Below, one piece after another: positions 1 to 7,334 of a stretch of 30,615 nucleotides of DNA. The notes beneath the pieces are model-generated. The model had not been told where the DNA came from. It saw only the letters and a program-made list of their open reading frames with translations, and made no database searches. This stretch comes from a virus (Duplodnaviria; Caudoviricetes): IMG/VR virus record IMGVR_UViG_3300020045_000961, positions 1 to 30,615 of that record; one strand, written 5' to 3'. How positions within the stretch are numbered: the first letter of the stretch is position 1; each line of letters opens with the position of its first letter. A program made the position numbers and the translations under genes.

Positions 1-121
1 CCCCTTTCAAAGGTATTAATTGTTGAGAATACTATTCATATTCTCGTGTAGGTATTTATACGAGATCGGTAAAATAGTATTATAATTGATTATTATTCTT
101 TTTCTACCCAACCTTGATTTA
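1..121. repeat. Terminal direct repeat, left copy (circular assembly overlap)
   Basis: Bases 1-121 are identical to 30495-30615. Joining the ends places the portal gene directly upstream of the scaffold gene. Confidence 0.97.
53..60 (-). promoter_or_regulatory. T4-late-type promoter TATAAATA upstream of the scaffold/capsid operon (duplicated at 30547-30554)
   Basis: Exact TATAAATA on the minus strand in the portal-scaffold gap, followed by a 7-bp leader hairpin (25-45). Confidence 0.65.
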
Positions 122-1565
122 ATAGAGTTTTCTTTTGTTCAAATGAAGTAGGCATTAACTCATCGCCTGTTTGAGGATTAAACAATAGCCTAGGCTCAAA
201 AGGTTCCATAGCATCTAATTGTTGTCCATTAACAAGTTCAGGCATAATGATATCCGCATCTTCACCTAGTAGTTCGATAACTTCATGGTCAATTACAGCA
301 AGAACTCTAGGATCAGTAGCAGCACTCTTTGCAGAAACTAGGTGAGCAAATTCACGATCAACATCTCGAATGTTGAAGGAATCAGGATACTTTACTTCAC
401 CATTCCAATGTAGACCTTGATATAGGCCAAATAATTCCCACATCTGTTCTTCTGTAAGCTCAAGTGAATCAGCTTTCTCAGATAGACGAGCATTCAATAA
501 TGCAAATTCAACTTCAAGTGCAACACCAGAAACTGAGGCAGTCCTTTGTCCCCTAACGGCTCCAGTATTACTCATATTATCAATAGAATCAACTAACTGA
601 TTAATTGACTCATGCAAAGCTCCGATATTGCCGCCGCCATGTTCTAGAACATAAGGCTTCAATCCTGGCTCAAGATCATTGGGTATCTGAATGACTGCAC
701 CTGCTCCAGAACCATATTGTGTGTCAGGTGTAACTACTAGAGAAGGGTGTCCATCTAATCTGTGAGACTGTTCAATTTCGCTATTGTAGTTGTAGATCAA
801 ACGTTGCATATCAGCAATGTCAGAGATATCACTTACGCCAATACCTTTAACGATGGAACGCTTATTATAGGATAGTATAGCAGGAATACAACCTAGTCCA
901 TTTACTTCAGTAGATTTTAGATAGGCTTCCTTCTTGTCATCATCCATAACCCAAGTATTGATAAGATCATTAGTCCACTCACGAACTACAGTAACCTTGC
1001 CTACAATCTCTTCAATGTATTTGAAGTATGTTAATTCGTATCTACCTGTAGGGCCTCGAGTCCATGTCCAATCCATAACTGCTAAAGGTGTAAGCATATT
1101 AATATAAGGACGAATGCCCATATCAAGTTCTGCACCTAGACTTTCTGCTCCAATATTAGGCTTTGTCATGATGATCCAAGTATGTCCAAATACTGAATTC
1201 CAAACTGCAATATCTTTCATGAACGAATCTAAATCACGTCCTTCTAAGTCAGCATCATTGAGAAAGGATTCTAAATCTACACGTCCTTCCCAATCCATAA
1301 ATTCTCGTTCTGGACAATCCTTGAATAGAAAACTAGAATAAACACTGATAACACTTTGAGCATGATTGTCTAAAGGGGTTGTCTTCAAACGTTGATTATA
1401 TTCTCCCTCAGTCTCAAGTTGATATTTTGTTAGATATCCTTGACGACGATATTCTTCTCCGCCTACATAAGAATAAAGTAGAAATTCCCAGCGGTCTCGA
1501 TTACGCATATATTCTCTATTGGTAACCGAAACTGCACGGTAGTCGTCTAAAAGTGTTTGATTCAT
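93..1565 (-). CDS. Portal protein (SPP1 gp6-like)
   Basis: 490 aa, directly after terL and before the scaffold. Typical segments: EYNQRLKTTPLDN, VFGHTWII, GVSDISDIAD, SGVALEVEF, VKYPDSF. Confidence 0.88.
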   Translation of the reverse strand: MNQTLLDDYRAVSVTNREYMRNRDRWEFLLYSYVGGEEYRRQGYLTKYQLETEGEYNQRLKTTPLDNHAQSVISVYSSFLFKDCPEREFMDWEGRVDLESFLNDADLEGRDLDSFMKDIAVWNSVFGHTWIIMTKPNIGAESLGAELDMGIRPYINMLTPLAVMDWTWTRGPTGRYELTYFKYIEEIVGKVTVVREWTNDLINTWVMDDDKKEAYLKSTEVNGLGCIPAILSYNKRSIVKGIGVSDISDIADMQRLIYNYNSEIEQSHRLDGHPSLVVTPDTQYGSGAGAVIQIPNDLEPGLKPYVLEHGGGNIGALHESINQLVDSIDNMSNTGAVRGQRTASVSGVALEVEFALLNARLSEKADSLELTEEQMWELFGLYQGLHWNGEVKYPDSFNIRDVDREFAHLVSAKSAATDPRVLAVIDHEVIELLGEDADIIMPELVNGQQLDAMEPFEPRLLFNPQTGDELMPTSFEQKKTLLNQGWVEKE

Positions 1566-1577
1566 AATTAATTCTCT

Positions 1578-2813
1578 TTAATGTGTTGCAAGTTGATGAC
1601 CCCATCTACGAGGTGCCATAGGAACTACTTCCTTCTTAATAGGGAACATATATCTAATGCAATATGAAGCAGCATCAAACATGTGATCCCATTTATCCTT
1701 ATCTGGTATACGAGTGCCTTCTTTAAAACAATACTTCTCGAGACTCTCAATAGTATATTTACACTTAGGATCAATAAAAAGCCTTCTTAGTCCGTTAGCA
1801 GAACATAAGCGAGCATTGTAAGCATTAATTCTATCTGCTACCTCATCGTGAGACATAGGAGCCTTTACTGTGAAGCCTGCCTGTTCTAGGATAGTAAAGT
1901 CTGTCTTACCTCCTGAACTAGTCTTACGTTGCCTAGAGGCAGGATCAGGATAGATTGTTATCTTACTTGTAGGATATCGTCTCTTTAACTCTTCTGCCAT
2001 CTGTCCAGTATGAGCATTGATCATATTGATCTCATCAAACTGATACATTACCTCGCCCATTTGAACAAAGATTGCGGCGGTGAGAGGAGAGTTATTAAAG
2101 TCCATTCCTACATGAAGAACTGAGGTATCTATATCTTTAATGTGTAGAACGTTCTCTTCCCTACTGAAGGCCCATGCAACTTGATTACTCGCAGTAGTAA
2201 ATGATCCTTCATACTCCTGCTTAAATTGTTGCTCACTCATTTCATTACGAGCTGCTTCGATCTCTGCCTCTGAAACAAACCCACCTTGCAATGTAGTGTA
2301 GGTAAAGGAGGCCCATTGTTCAGGGAAGTCTTCAGCCATATTGAACATATCAAATGCCCAATTACCTTTGCCAATAGGAGTTGTAATGAATAGTGCAGAT
2401 CCCTCTTGATCTGCTAGAGCAGGACGAATAACTAGATCCCAAGTATCGCGATCCATGAAGGCAAACTCATCAAAGATTGCTGCACTTAGTGAAACACCTC
2501 GTAATGAATCTGGATTATCTGCACCCTTAAGAGAAATAGTAGAACCATTCTTAAGTAGAAATTCTAAGTTGGTTTCGTTGATCTTCTTGACCCACCGTAG
2601 ATCTAATAGTTTCTTCTTAAGTCGTTTGAAGATAATAGTGCGGGACATTCTATATGAGGGAGATATATAGTAAACATCCTTATTAGGTTCCTTAGCTACC
2701 TTGCACATTTCTCGGATAGCCAATGTAGTCTTACCCCAGCGGCGGCCTGCGACTACTACTCTAAAGCGTTTATTGCATTGTGCAACTATCTTTTGAGTTT
2801 CACTTAGAGCCAT
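1578..2813 (-). CDS. terL: Terminase large subunit
   Basis: Walker A AGRRWGKT, LRG..L....FDE Walker B, TTP coupling motif, nuclease acidic motifs GMDFN and DHMFDA. Confidence 0.96.
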   Translation of the reverse strand: MALSETQKIVAQCNKRFRVVVAGRRWGKTTLAIREMCKVAKEPNKDVYYISPSYRMSRTIIFKRLKKKLLDLRWVKKINETNLEFLLKNGSTISLKGADNPDSLRGVSLSAAIFDEFAFMDRDTWDLVIRPALADQEGSALFITTPIGKGNWAFDMFNMAEDFPEQWASFTYTTLQGGFVSEAEIEAARNEMSEQQFKQEYEGSFTTASNQVAWAFSREENVLHIKDIDTSVLHVGMDFNNSPLTAAIFVQMGEVMYQFDEINMINAHTGQMAEELKRRYPTSKITIYPDPASRQRKTSSGGKTDFTILEQAGFTVKAPMSHDEVADRINAYNARLCSANGLRRLFIDPKCKYTIESLEKYCFKEGTRIPDKDKWDHMFDAASYCIRYMFPIKKEVVPMAPRRWGHQLATH

Positions 2814-2985
2814 CAGGGAATAAAATTTTAATTGTTGCGCTCACTAATGCGCCTGCGGCAGTTGCACCGGCGATATCAAAGTCAGCACCATAGTGTGAAC
2901 CAGTCATTGTTAAAATGAATGCAAGGCCTTGCCAAGTTGAGGATTCTTTTAAACGTTCGATTACAAATTCTTTTAGATTAATCAT
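2800..2985 (-). CDS. Small membrane protein, putative holin
   Basis: Likely start MINLKEF at 2985. RLKESSTWQGL is followed by two hydrophobic segments, a pattern seen in small phage holin-like proteins. Confidence 0.55.
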   Translation of the reverse strand: MINLKEFVIERLKESSTWQGLAFILTMTGSHYGADFDIAGATAAGALVSATIKILFPDGSK

Positions 2986-3379
2986 TATTATCATCCCAAG
3001 GTAAGGGAACATTACTTTCAGAATCAAAGGGAGAGTCAGATTGTCCTAATACATTCTTACCTAACCAAATAAGCATTGTTGCATTCCCGGATAGTGCTAG
3101 GCGAATCTGTGCTTGTCGTAGACTTTGATTTAAACTAAGTCTACCTTTTAGTAATTCTTGCTTGAAGTTATAATTCAAAGTCGAATCATCAATACCTACC
3201 CATTCAGCAATTTCACTATTCTTACATCCTATAGAAGCAAGTTTAAACACTTCTTTTGGATCGATTACTTTCTTATCTCTCCCACAGACAATACCTTGAT
3301 ACTCAGCAGTAACCAATGCTTTAGGTTTATTGCCTGTTTTCTTCTTAGGAGGGACGGGATTTGTTTCTGGTTGTTCCAT
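2978..3379 (-). CDS. terS: Terminase small subunit
   Basis: HTH-like EVFKLASIGCKNSEIAEWVGI, plus LRQAQIRLAL-SGNATMLIWLGKNVLGQ. Upstream of terL, with an AGGAG RBS. Confidence 0.8.
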   Translation of the reverse strand: MEQPETNPVPPKKKTGNKPKALVTAEYQGIVCGRDKKVIDPKEVFKLASIGCKNSEIAEWVGIDDSTLNYNFKQELLKGRLSLNQSLRQAQIRLALSGNATMLIWLGKNVLGQSDSPFDSESNVPLPWDDNND

Positions 3380-3384
3380 ACTCC

Positions 3385-3394
3385 TATTTATTTA
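3385..3394 (-). promoter_or_regulatory. Tandem TAAATA late-type promoter for the packaging operon
   Basis: TAAATAAATA lies just downstream of a terminator and abuts the terS RBS. Confidence 0.55.
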
Positions 3395-3400
3395 GATCAT

Positions 3401-3424
3401 AAGAAAGCCGGTATTTAACCGGCT
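3401..3424 (-). terminator. Intrinsic terminator ending the non-structural operon
   Basis: AGCCGGT-TAAAT-ACCGGCT stem followed by TTCTT. Confidence 0.7.
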
Positions 3425-3430
3425 CATTTG

Positions 3431-4003
3431 TTACAAAGGATTAACTTTTATGCTCCACCCTTTTAATTTACCTCTCCAAATCATATGTTCAAGACACATA
3501 GGTTTAACTCTATTACCAGTTAGAGCAATAGAATAGTGTAAATATTTTTGATTAAATGTTTGATACACAAAATCTTTAAATTTATCTATATTACTAAATT
3601 TATATTCAGTATGAGGTTTATCTACTAACCACATATATAATTCATTATACATTATTTTAGTATTATTATATTGTGGAAGTTGTTCCTTAAGATAGAGTTG
3701 TCTCTTATAAGGTCTATCAAATTCAGGATAGATATGATCAAACCTATAATGATAAACAATACTGGGCGGCATAGGATTATATGAGAGGTGAAACTTGTCA
3801 TAAAATTCTAATAAATCATTACCTGGAGTTCTAAGTATCCATTCGTGTGAGCCACATCTGTTTTTTACATTTTGTCTCCATTCTTTTGTTTTTGATCTCT
3901 CTAAAGCTGCTAATTTACAGTTCCAATTTGTAGTAAGTAGTTCCTCATCGGTAATATTAGGAAGTTCAATATTACCCCAAACTTCTGTGTTAGTATTTGT
4001 CAT
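3431..4003 (-). CDS. Hypothetical protein, possibly a homing-endonuclease-associated DNA-binding (NUMOD-like) protein
   Basis: 190 aa in the operon, with a basic helical segment and a C-terminal GKLKGWSIK end. No catalytic motif recognised. Confidence 0.5.
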   Translation of the reverse strand: MTNTNTEVWGNIELPNITDEELLTTNWNCKLAALERSKTKEWRQNVKNRCGSHEWILRTPGNDLLEFYDKFHLSYNPMPPSIVYHYRFDHIYPEFDRPYKRQLYLKEQLPQYNNTKIMYNELYMWLVDKPHTEYKFSNIDKFKDFVYQTFNQKYLHYSIALTGNRVKPMCLEHMIWRGKLKGWSIKVNPL

Positions 4004-4004
4004 A

Positions 4005-4799
4005 TTACTTCCAAAGTTGTTGTAGGATTTGAGTTCTTAATTTAGGATCAGAATTGTGATGGAGAATATCAGCAACTTTGATTGCTTGTCTAGGAGTTAC
4101 TTCAACTAAGTTTCTATAGTTTTCAGATAGATAATCTCGTGCTTCTTCAATAATTTTTTCTGGATAGCCTCCGGGAAACTCTTGACAATTAGTGCTCAAC
4201 ATATTGCAGTTCTCAATCAAGTGTAATGTATAACTAAACTTCTGCTCGTCAGTGAAGTTACATTCAGCAAAGTTAAAGCGAGAGAATATCGCTGCTTTCC
4301 ATTGTTTAATTGCTTTAGCGATATCTTCTTTTCGATCATTAGTGATCCAGATGATGTTACCTTGAAAATCAAAATTTGAAGGAACATTAAATTCTTCCAT
4401 CAGTGCATTCTTACGTGCTGTCTCCCAACTTACATCGCCTTTTTGTCCAAGTTCTGCGGCACCAAGTAGCATAGGGATGATTTGACGCTTTTCTCCGTGA
4501 TGAATAATATCACAGTCATCTAAAACAATGATTCTATGCTTTGCTCTATTCAAATAAAGTTTAACGTAAAGTGAGGCTGCTGTAATTTTGCCGCCTTTAA
4601 TATATTCAACATTAGATTGATGTCCTGTATCAATTAATGCCTTCTTAATCCAGTATGTTTTACCTGTTCCTGCATCTCCAGAAACAATCATACCATTAAT
4701 TGCTGAATTTGGATTTTGCACAAAACTAGTTGCTTGTGCATATATGCCTTCGAAGGTATCAGCGACTTCTTTGGCAATGGGGTTCATTTTTATCTTCAT
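4005..4799 (-). CDS. AAA+ family P-loop ATPase
   Basis: Walker A GDAGTGKT, Walker B IIVLDDCD, sensor-1-like IWITN, Arg-finger-like AIFSR. AAGGA RBS. Confidence 0.88.
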   Translation of the reverse strand: MKIKMNPIAKEVADTFEGIYAQATSFVQNPNSAINGMIVSGDAGTGKTYWIKKALIDTGHQSNVEYIKGGKITAASLYVKLYLNRAKHRIIVLDDCDIIHHGEKRQIIPMLLGAAELGQKGDVSWETARKNALMEEFNVPSNFDFQGNIIWITNDRKEDIAKAIKQWKAAIFSRFNFAECNFTDEQKFSYTLHLIENCNMLSTNCQEFPGGYPEKIIEEARDYLSENYRNLVEVTPRQAIKVADILHHNSDPKLRTQILQQLWK

Positions 4800-4865
4800 A
4801 TAATTCCTTAAAATTAAAAATATTAATTAGATTGACCTTGATCAATCTCTCTTATATCGAAACTC

Positions 4866-5042
4866 TTAAACTTCTTCTATTGTTACATTTGTTGATTCTC
4901 CATATCGATCATTTAATATCGAAATTAACCATTTACGTTCTTGTTCCGAAAGTGTATCTAATGTGTGCAGACTTTCAGTATAAGGAGTAAACTCTAGTGT
5001 TTCTAGAAATTGATCTAGTAAATTATAAATTTTGAATTGCAT
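4866..5042 (-). CDS. Hypothetical protein (58 aa, below ORF-track cutoff)
   Basis: GAGGAAACAA-ATG start, MQFKIYNLLDQF...IEEV, fills the operon gap. Confidence 0.65.
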   Translation of the reverse strand: MQFKIYNLLDQFLETLEFTPYTESLHTLDTLSEQERKWLISILNDRYGESTNVTIEEV

Positions 5043-5181
5043 TTGTTTCCTCGATTAATTCATTTAACGCATCAACGAATAAGCGATCTTCATTAAGATT
5101 CCATTCGTTATCTGCAACTCTAACTGCCCTGGTAATCTCAGTATTTTCTCTTGCTTCTTGTAGAAATTGAATTATGTTCAT
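5023..5181 (-). CDS. Hypothetical acidic protein (52 aa)
   Basis: AAAGGACTACT-ATG start, MNIIQFLQEARE...IQNL. First gene after a sigma70-like promoter. Confidence 0.65.
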   Translation of the reverse strand: MNIIQFLQEARENTEITRAVRVADNEWNLNEDRLFVDALNELIEETNAIQNL

Positions 5182-5261
5182 AGTAGTCCTTTATTAAAGA
5201 GAAAAGGCCACATTATTATGACCCTTCTCCTTACGCAATTACAGTATCCCTCTGTAATTTA

Positions 5262-5290
5262 AGTATAACAAGGATCTAACACTAGATCAA
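5262..5290 (-). promoter_or_regulatory. Sigma70-type promoter
   Basis: TTGATC-17 nt-TATACT with an extended -10 TG. Confidence 0.7.
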
Positions 5291-5291
5291 T

Positions 5292-5510
5292 TTAAATGGC
5301 ATTACGCATAAGCAAGAAGAATTCCAATTTAGTCCCGGATCGTATGAAGATATCATTTCCTTCTATTGCATAATCATCGGGACTGTATAATTCAATTGCT
5401 ATTCCATATCCTGCTAATGTAGCAACAGTGAATGCTCTCATGTATTTTCCATAGGTCTTTGATCTTTTCATCATCAAACCTTTGGGTTTTACACGCTTTG
5501 ATTCTGGCAT
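5292..5510 (-). CDS. Hypothetical protein
   Basis: 72 aa, TAATG coupling to the upstream ORF. Confidence 0.6.
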   Translation of the reverse strand: MPESKRVKPKGLMMKRSKTYGKYMRAFTVATLAGYGIAIELYSPDDYAIEGNDIFIRSGTKLEFFLLMRNAI

Positions 5511-5683
5511 TATACTAGTTCAATTGATTTAATTAATTGGCCCGAAATGATTCCTTGACTTGTATATTTTAGGAATTCCTCTTTTGCAAGGATAGGATCA
5601 TTATATCGAAACTCACAAGTTCTATCTCCTGAGAGGACGATGTTAATTGTAAAAACTGTAACTTTTTCTTTTTTTGTGCTCAT
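5510..5683 (-). CDS. Hypothetical protein (57 aa)
   Basis: MSTKKEKVTVF...SIELV, with ATGA overlap upstream, TAATG overlap downstream and a GGAG RBS. Confidence 0.7.
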   Translation of the reverse strand: MSTKKEKVTVFTINIVLSGDRTCEFRYNDPILAKEEFLKYTSQGIISGQLIKSIELV

Positions 5684-5967
5684 TTGTTTTCTCCGTATTG
5701 TCTAGCGACTTCTAACAATCTAATTCTAGAATGTAGTTCTTGTAATTGTTCATCTTGCTGCATTGCAAGTTCAATCAATTGATTAATCTTTTTAATTAAT
5801 GACTGCTTACTTTGTTGTTGAATAACTTTCTCAAGTTCATCTAATTTATCTGCATTTGTATTAAATGCCCTTGCTAATTCATTTATATTTGTAATTAATA
5901 ATCCTAGTTGAGCAGTATGTGCTTCTAGAATTAGTAAGGGGTCAAAGTCTGTATTAAAATAAGTCAT
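5680..5967 (-). CDS. Hypothetical coiled-coil protein
   Basis: 95 aa with a heptad Leu/Ile pattern, abutting its neighbours. Confidence 0.7.
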   Translation of the reverse strand: MTYFNTDFDPLLILEAHTAQLGLLITNINELARAFNTNADKLDELEKVIQQQSKQSLIKKINQLIELAMQQDEQLQELHSRIRLLEVARQYGENK

Positions 5968-6318
5968 TTATTCAAATAGTGTGTTAATAATTGTCATTCT
6001 ACAAAACTGTTCATATTGATTTCTTCCGGCAGATTCACATATTAAAATTGCAAGTTTACCAAATTCAGTATCAGGAAGATTACCCGAATGATTAAATTGA
6101 TCAATAAGCCAACCAAATAAATTATCAGAGGATTTACTTCCATTCTTTCCACATTCAACATTACTTAATAACTTATTTGCTGCATCATTATACATCTCAG
6201 TCATTATCCTAAGACCTTCGGGATTTCTTAGTTTCTTTTCTTTAATAGTGTGGCTTTCTAACAACGCTTCAAGCAGAATACGCTTATGTGTTTTTGTAAG
6301 GGATATTGTATGTGACAT
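5968..6318 (-). CDS. Hypothetical protein
   Basis: 116 aa, tightly packed in the operon. Confidence 0.7.
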   Translation of the reverse strand: MSHTISLTKTHKRILLEALLESHTIKEKKLRNPEGLRIMTEMYNDAANKLLSNVECGKNGSKSSDNLFGWLIDQFNHSGNLPDTEFGKLAILICESAGRNQYEQFCRMTIINTLFE

Positions 6319-6319
6319 A

Positions 6320-6673
6320 TTATTTGACTTTATTTGGCCCGCGAGGCTTACGTCCTATTCTTTTATTAGAATCACTTAATTGCTGTTTCCTAGAGATAAC
6401 TTTTATATTACCTATAGCCCATGCTTCGTTATGATCAATTCTAGTCATACATAATCCATCTGAATTTCTACTACGGATAATCCATTTTTCTAGGGGCCAA
6501 AAACTGCACCATTCCTCGAATGTAAGATGCCAGATTTCATCTCTAAACTTAGCTTGTGCTCGTTGACGCAGAAAAGGAACATGTCGCTCATGATCAAATG
6601 GTTCGGGGTATTTTTGTAAATGTGGGCGAGGAGCATACGGGTCATATAACTCGCCTGGGAAGTATTTTCGCAT
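6320..6673 (-). CDS. HNH-like (beta-beta-alpha-Me) endonuclease-family protein
   Basis: AKFR..W.LTFEEW..FW and CMTRIDH..W..GN..VI pattern. Confidence 0.6.
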   Translation of the reverse strand: MRKYFPGELYDPYAPRPHLQKYPEPFDHERHVPFLRQRAQAKFRDEIWHLTFEEWCSFWPLEKWIIRSRNSDGLCMTRIDHNEAWAIGNIKVISRKQQLSDSNKRIGRKPRGPNKVK

Positions 6674-6696
6674 TCTATGAATCTTTATAACAACTT

Positions 6697-6702
6697 TATT
6701 TA
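6697..6702 (-). promoter_or_regulatory. TAAATA late-type promoter
   Basis: ATAAATA in the 38-nt gap upstream of 6320..6673. Confidence 0.45.
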
Positions 6703-6711
6703 TGTTAAATG

Positions 6712-7143
6712 TTATTTCAGTTTACGATATGGAGATTTACCCATTACTCTTTTTAATGTCCATCCTAAATCAAACATTCTTGAAAAGAATGTTGCTGGAT
6801 TTATATCTAATTCTTCACACCACTGTTTCATTGTTTGTGTTTTATTATTGTATGTGATTATCCTATTTGAATTACAATTATTATAATTCTCTTTAGGAGT
6901 GCTCCATTTAATATTATCAATGCCATAAGAGGCATGATTATCAGGACGATCTAAATGATAGTTTCCAGGTGGTATAGGTCCTATTACACTTTCAACTTGT
7001 GATTTGAATATTTCAAAATTATCCCATTCTTTTGGATAACTTATATGTTTTGCCCCATAGAATTTCCAACTTAGGTGATTAGGGTTATTACAAGCACCTC
7101 TAAAGTAAACCCAACGATTGTATAATGGATCTTTATTTTTCAT
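6712..7143 (-). CDS. HNH endonuclease with C-terminal HTH
   Basis: C.NP....W..YGA..I....W..F..F, LDRPDN..Y..DNIKW.T..EN.NN, and TMKQWCEELDI...TF..R...GW. Confidence 0.78.
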   Translation of the reverse strand: MKNKDPLYNRWVYFRGACNNPNHLSWKFYGAKHISYPKEWDNFEIFKSQVESVIGPIPPGNYHLDRPDNHASYGIDNIKWSTPKENYNNCNSNRIITYNNKTQTMKQWCEELDINPATFFSRMFDLGWTLKRVMGKSPYRKLK

Positions 7144-7334
7144 TTTTCATCCTTCTTATATTTTTTAACTGGGATACCTTCACTAATCAGTTTGAAAGCA
7201 TCCTCTCTAGATATCCATTTTAACCAGGCATTATGTTCTGTGCAGAATAATGCTGGTGCAGGATGAGAATTTCCGTATACTACTTTCCATCGTATATCTA
7301 TCTCACACTTATTATGATTTTTAATTTTTGTCAT
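7140..7334 (-). CDS. Small putative Zn-binding protein
   Basis: H..C and C..H pairs plus WLKWIS. Overlaps both neighbours. Confidence 0.6.
   Translation of the reverse strand: MTKIKNHNKCEIDIRWKVVYGNSHPAPALFCTEHNAWLKWISREDAFKLISEGIPVKKYKKDEK

Noticed and set aside
4852-5614. 14-bp repeat TTATATCGAAACTC at 4852-4865 and 5601-5614
   Set aside because: Only two copies, one inside a coding region. Plausibly chance in AT-rich DNA.
5576-5637. Possible structured RNA or ribozyme between 5510 and 5680
   Set aside because: The interval is fully occupied by a coupled 57-aa ORF and lacks a hammerhead core.
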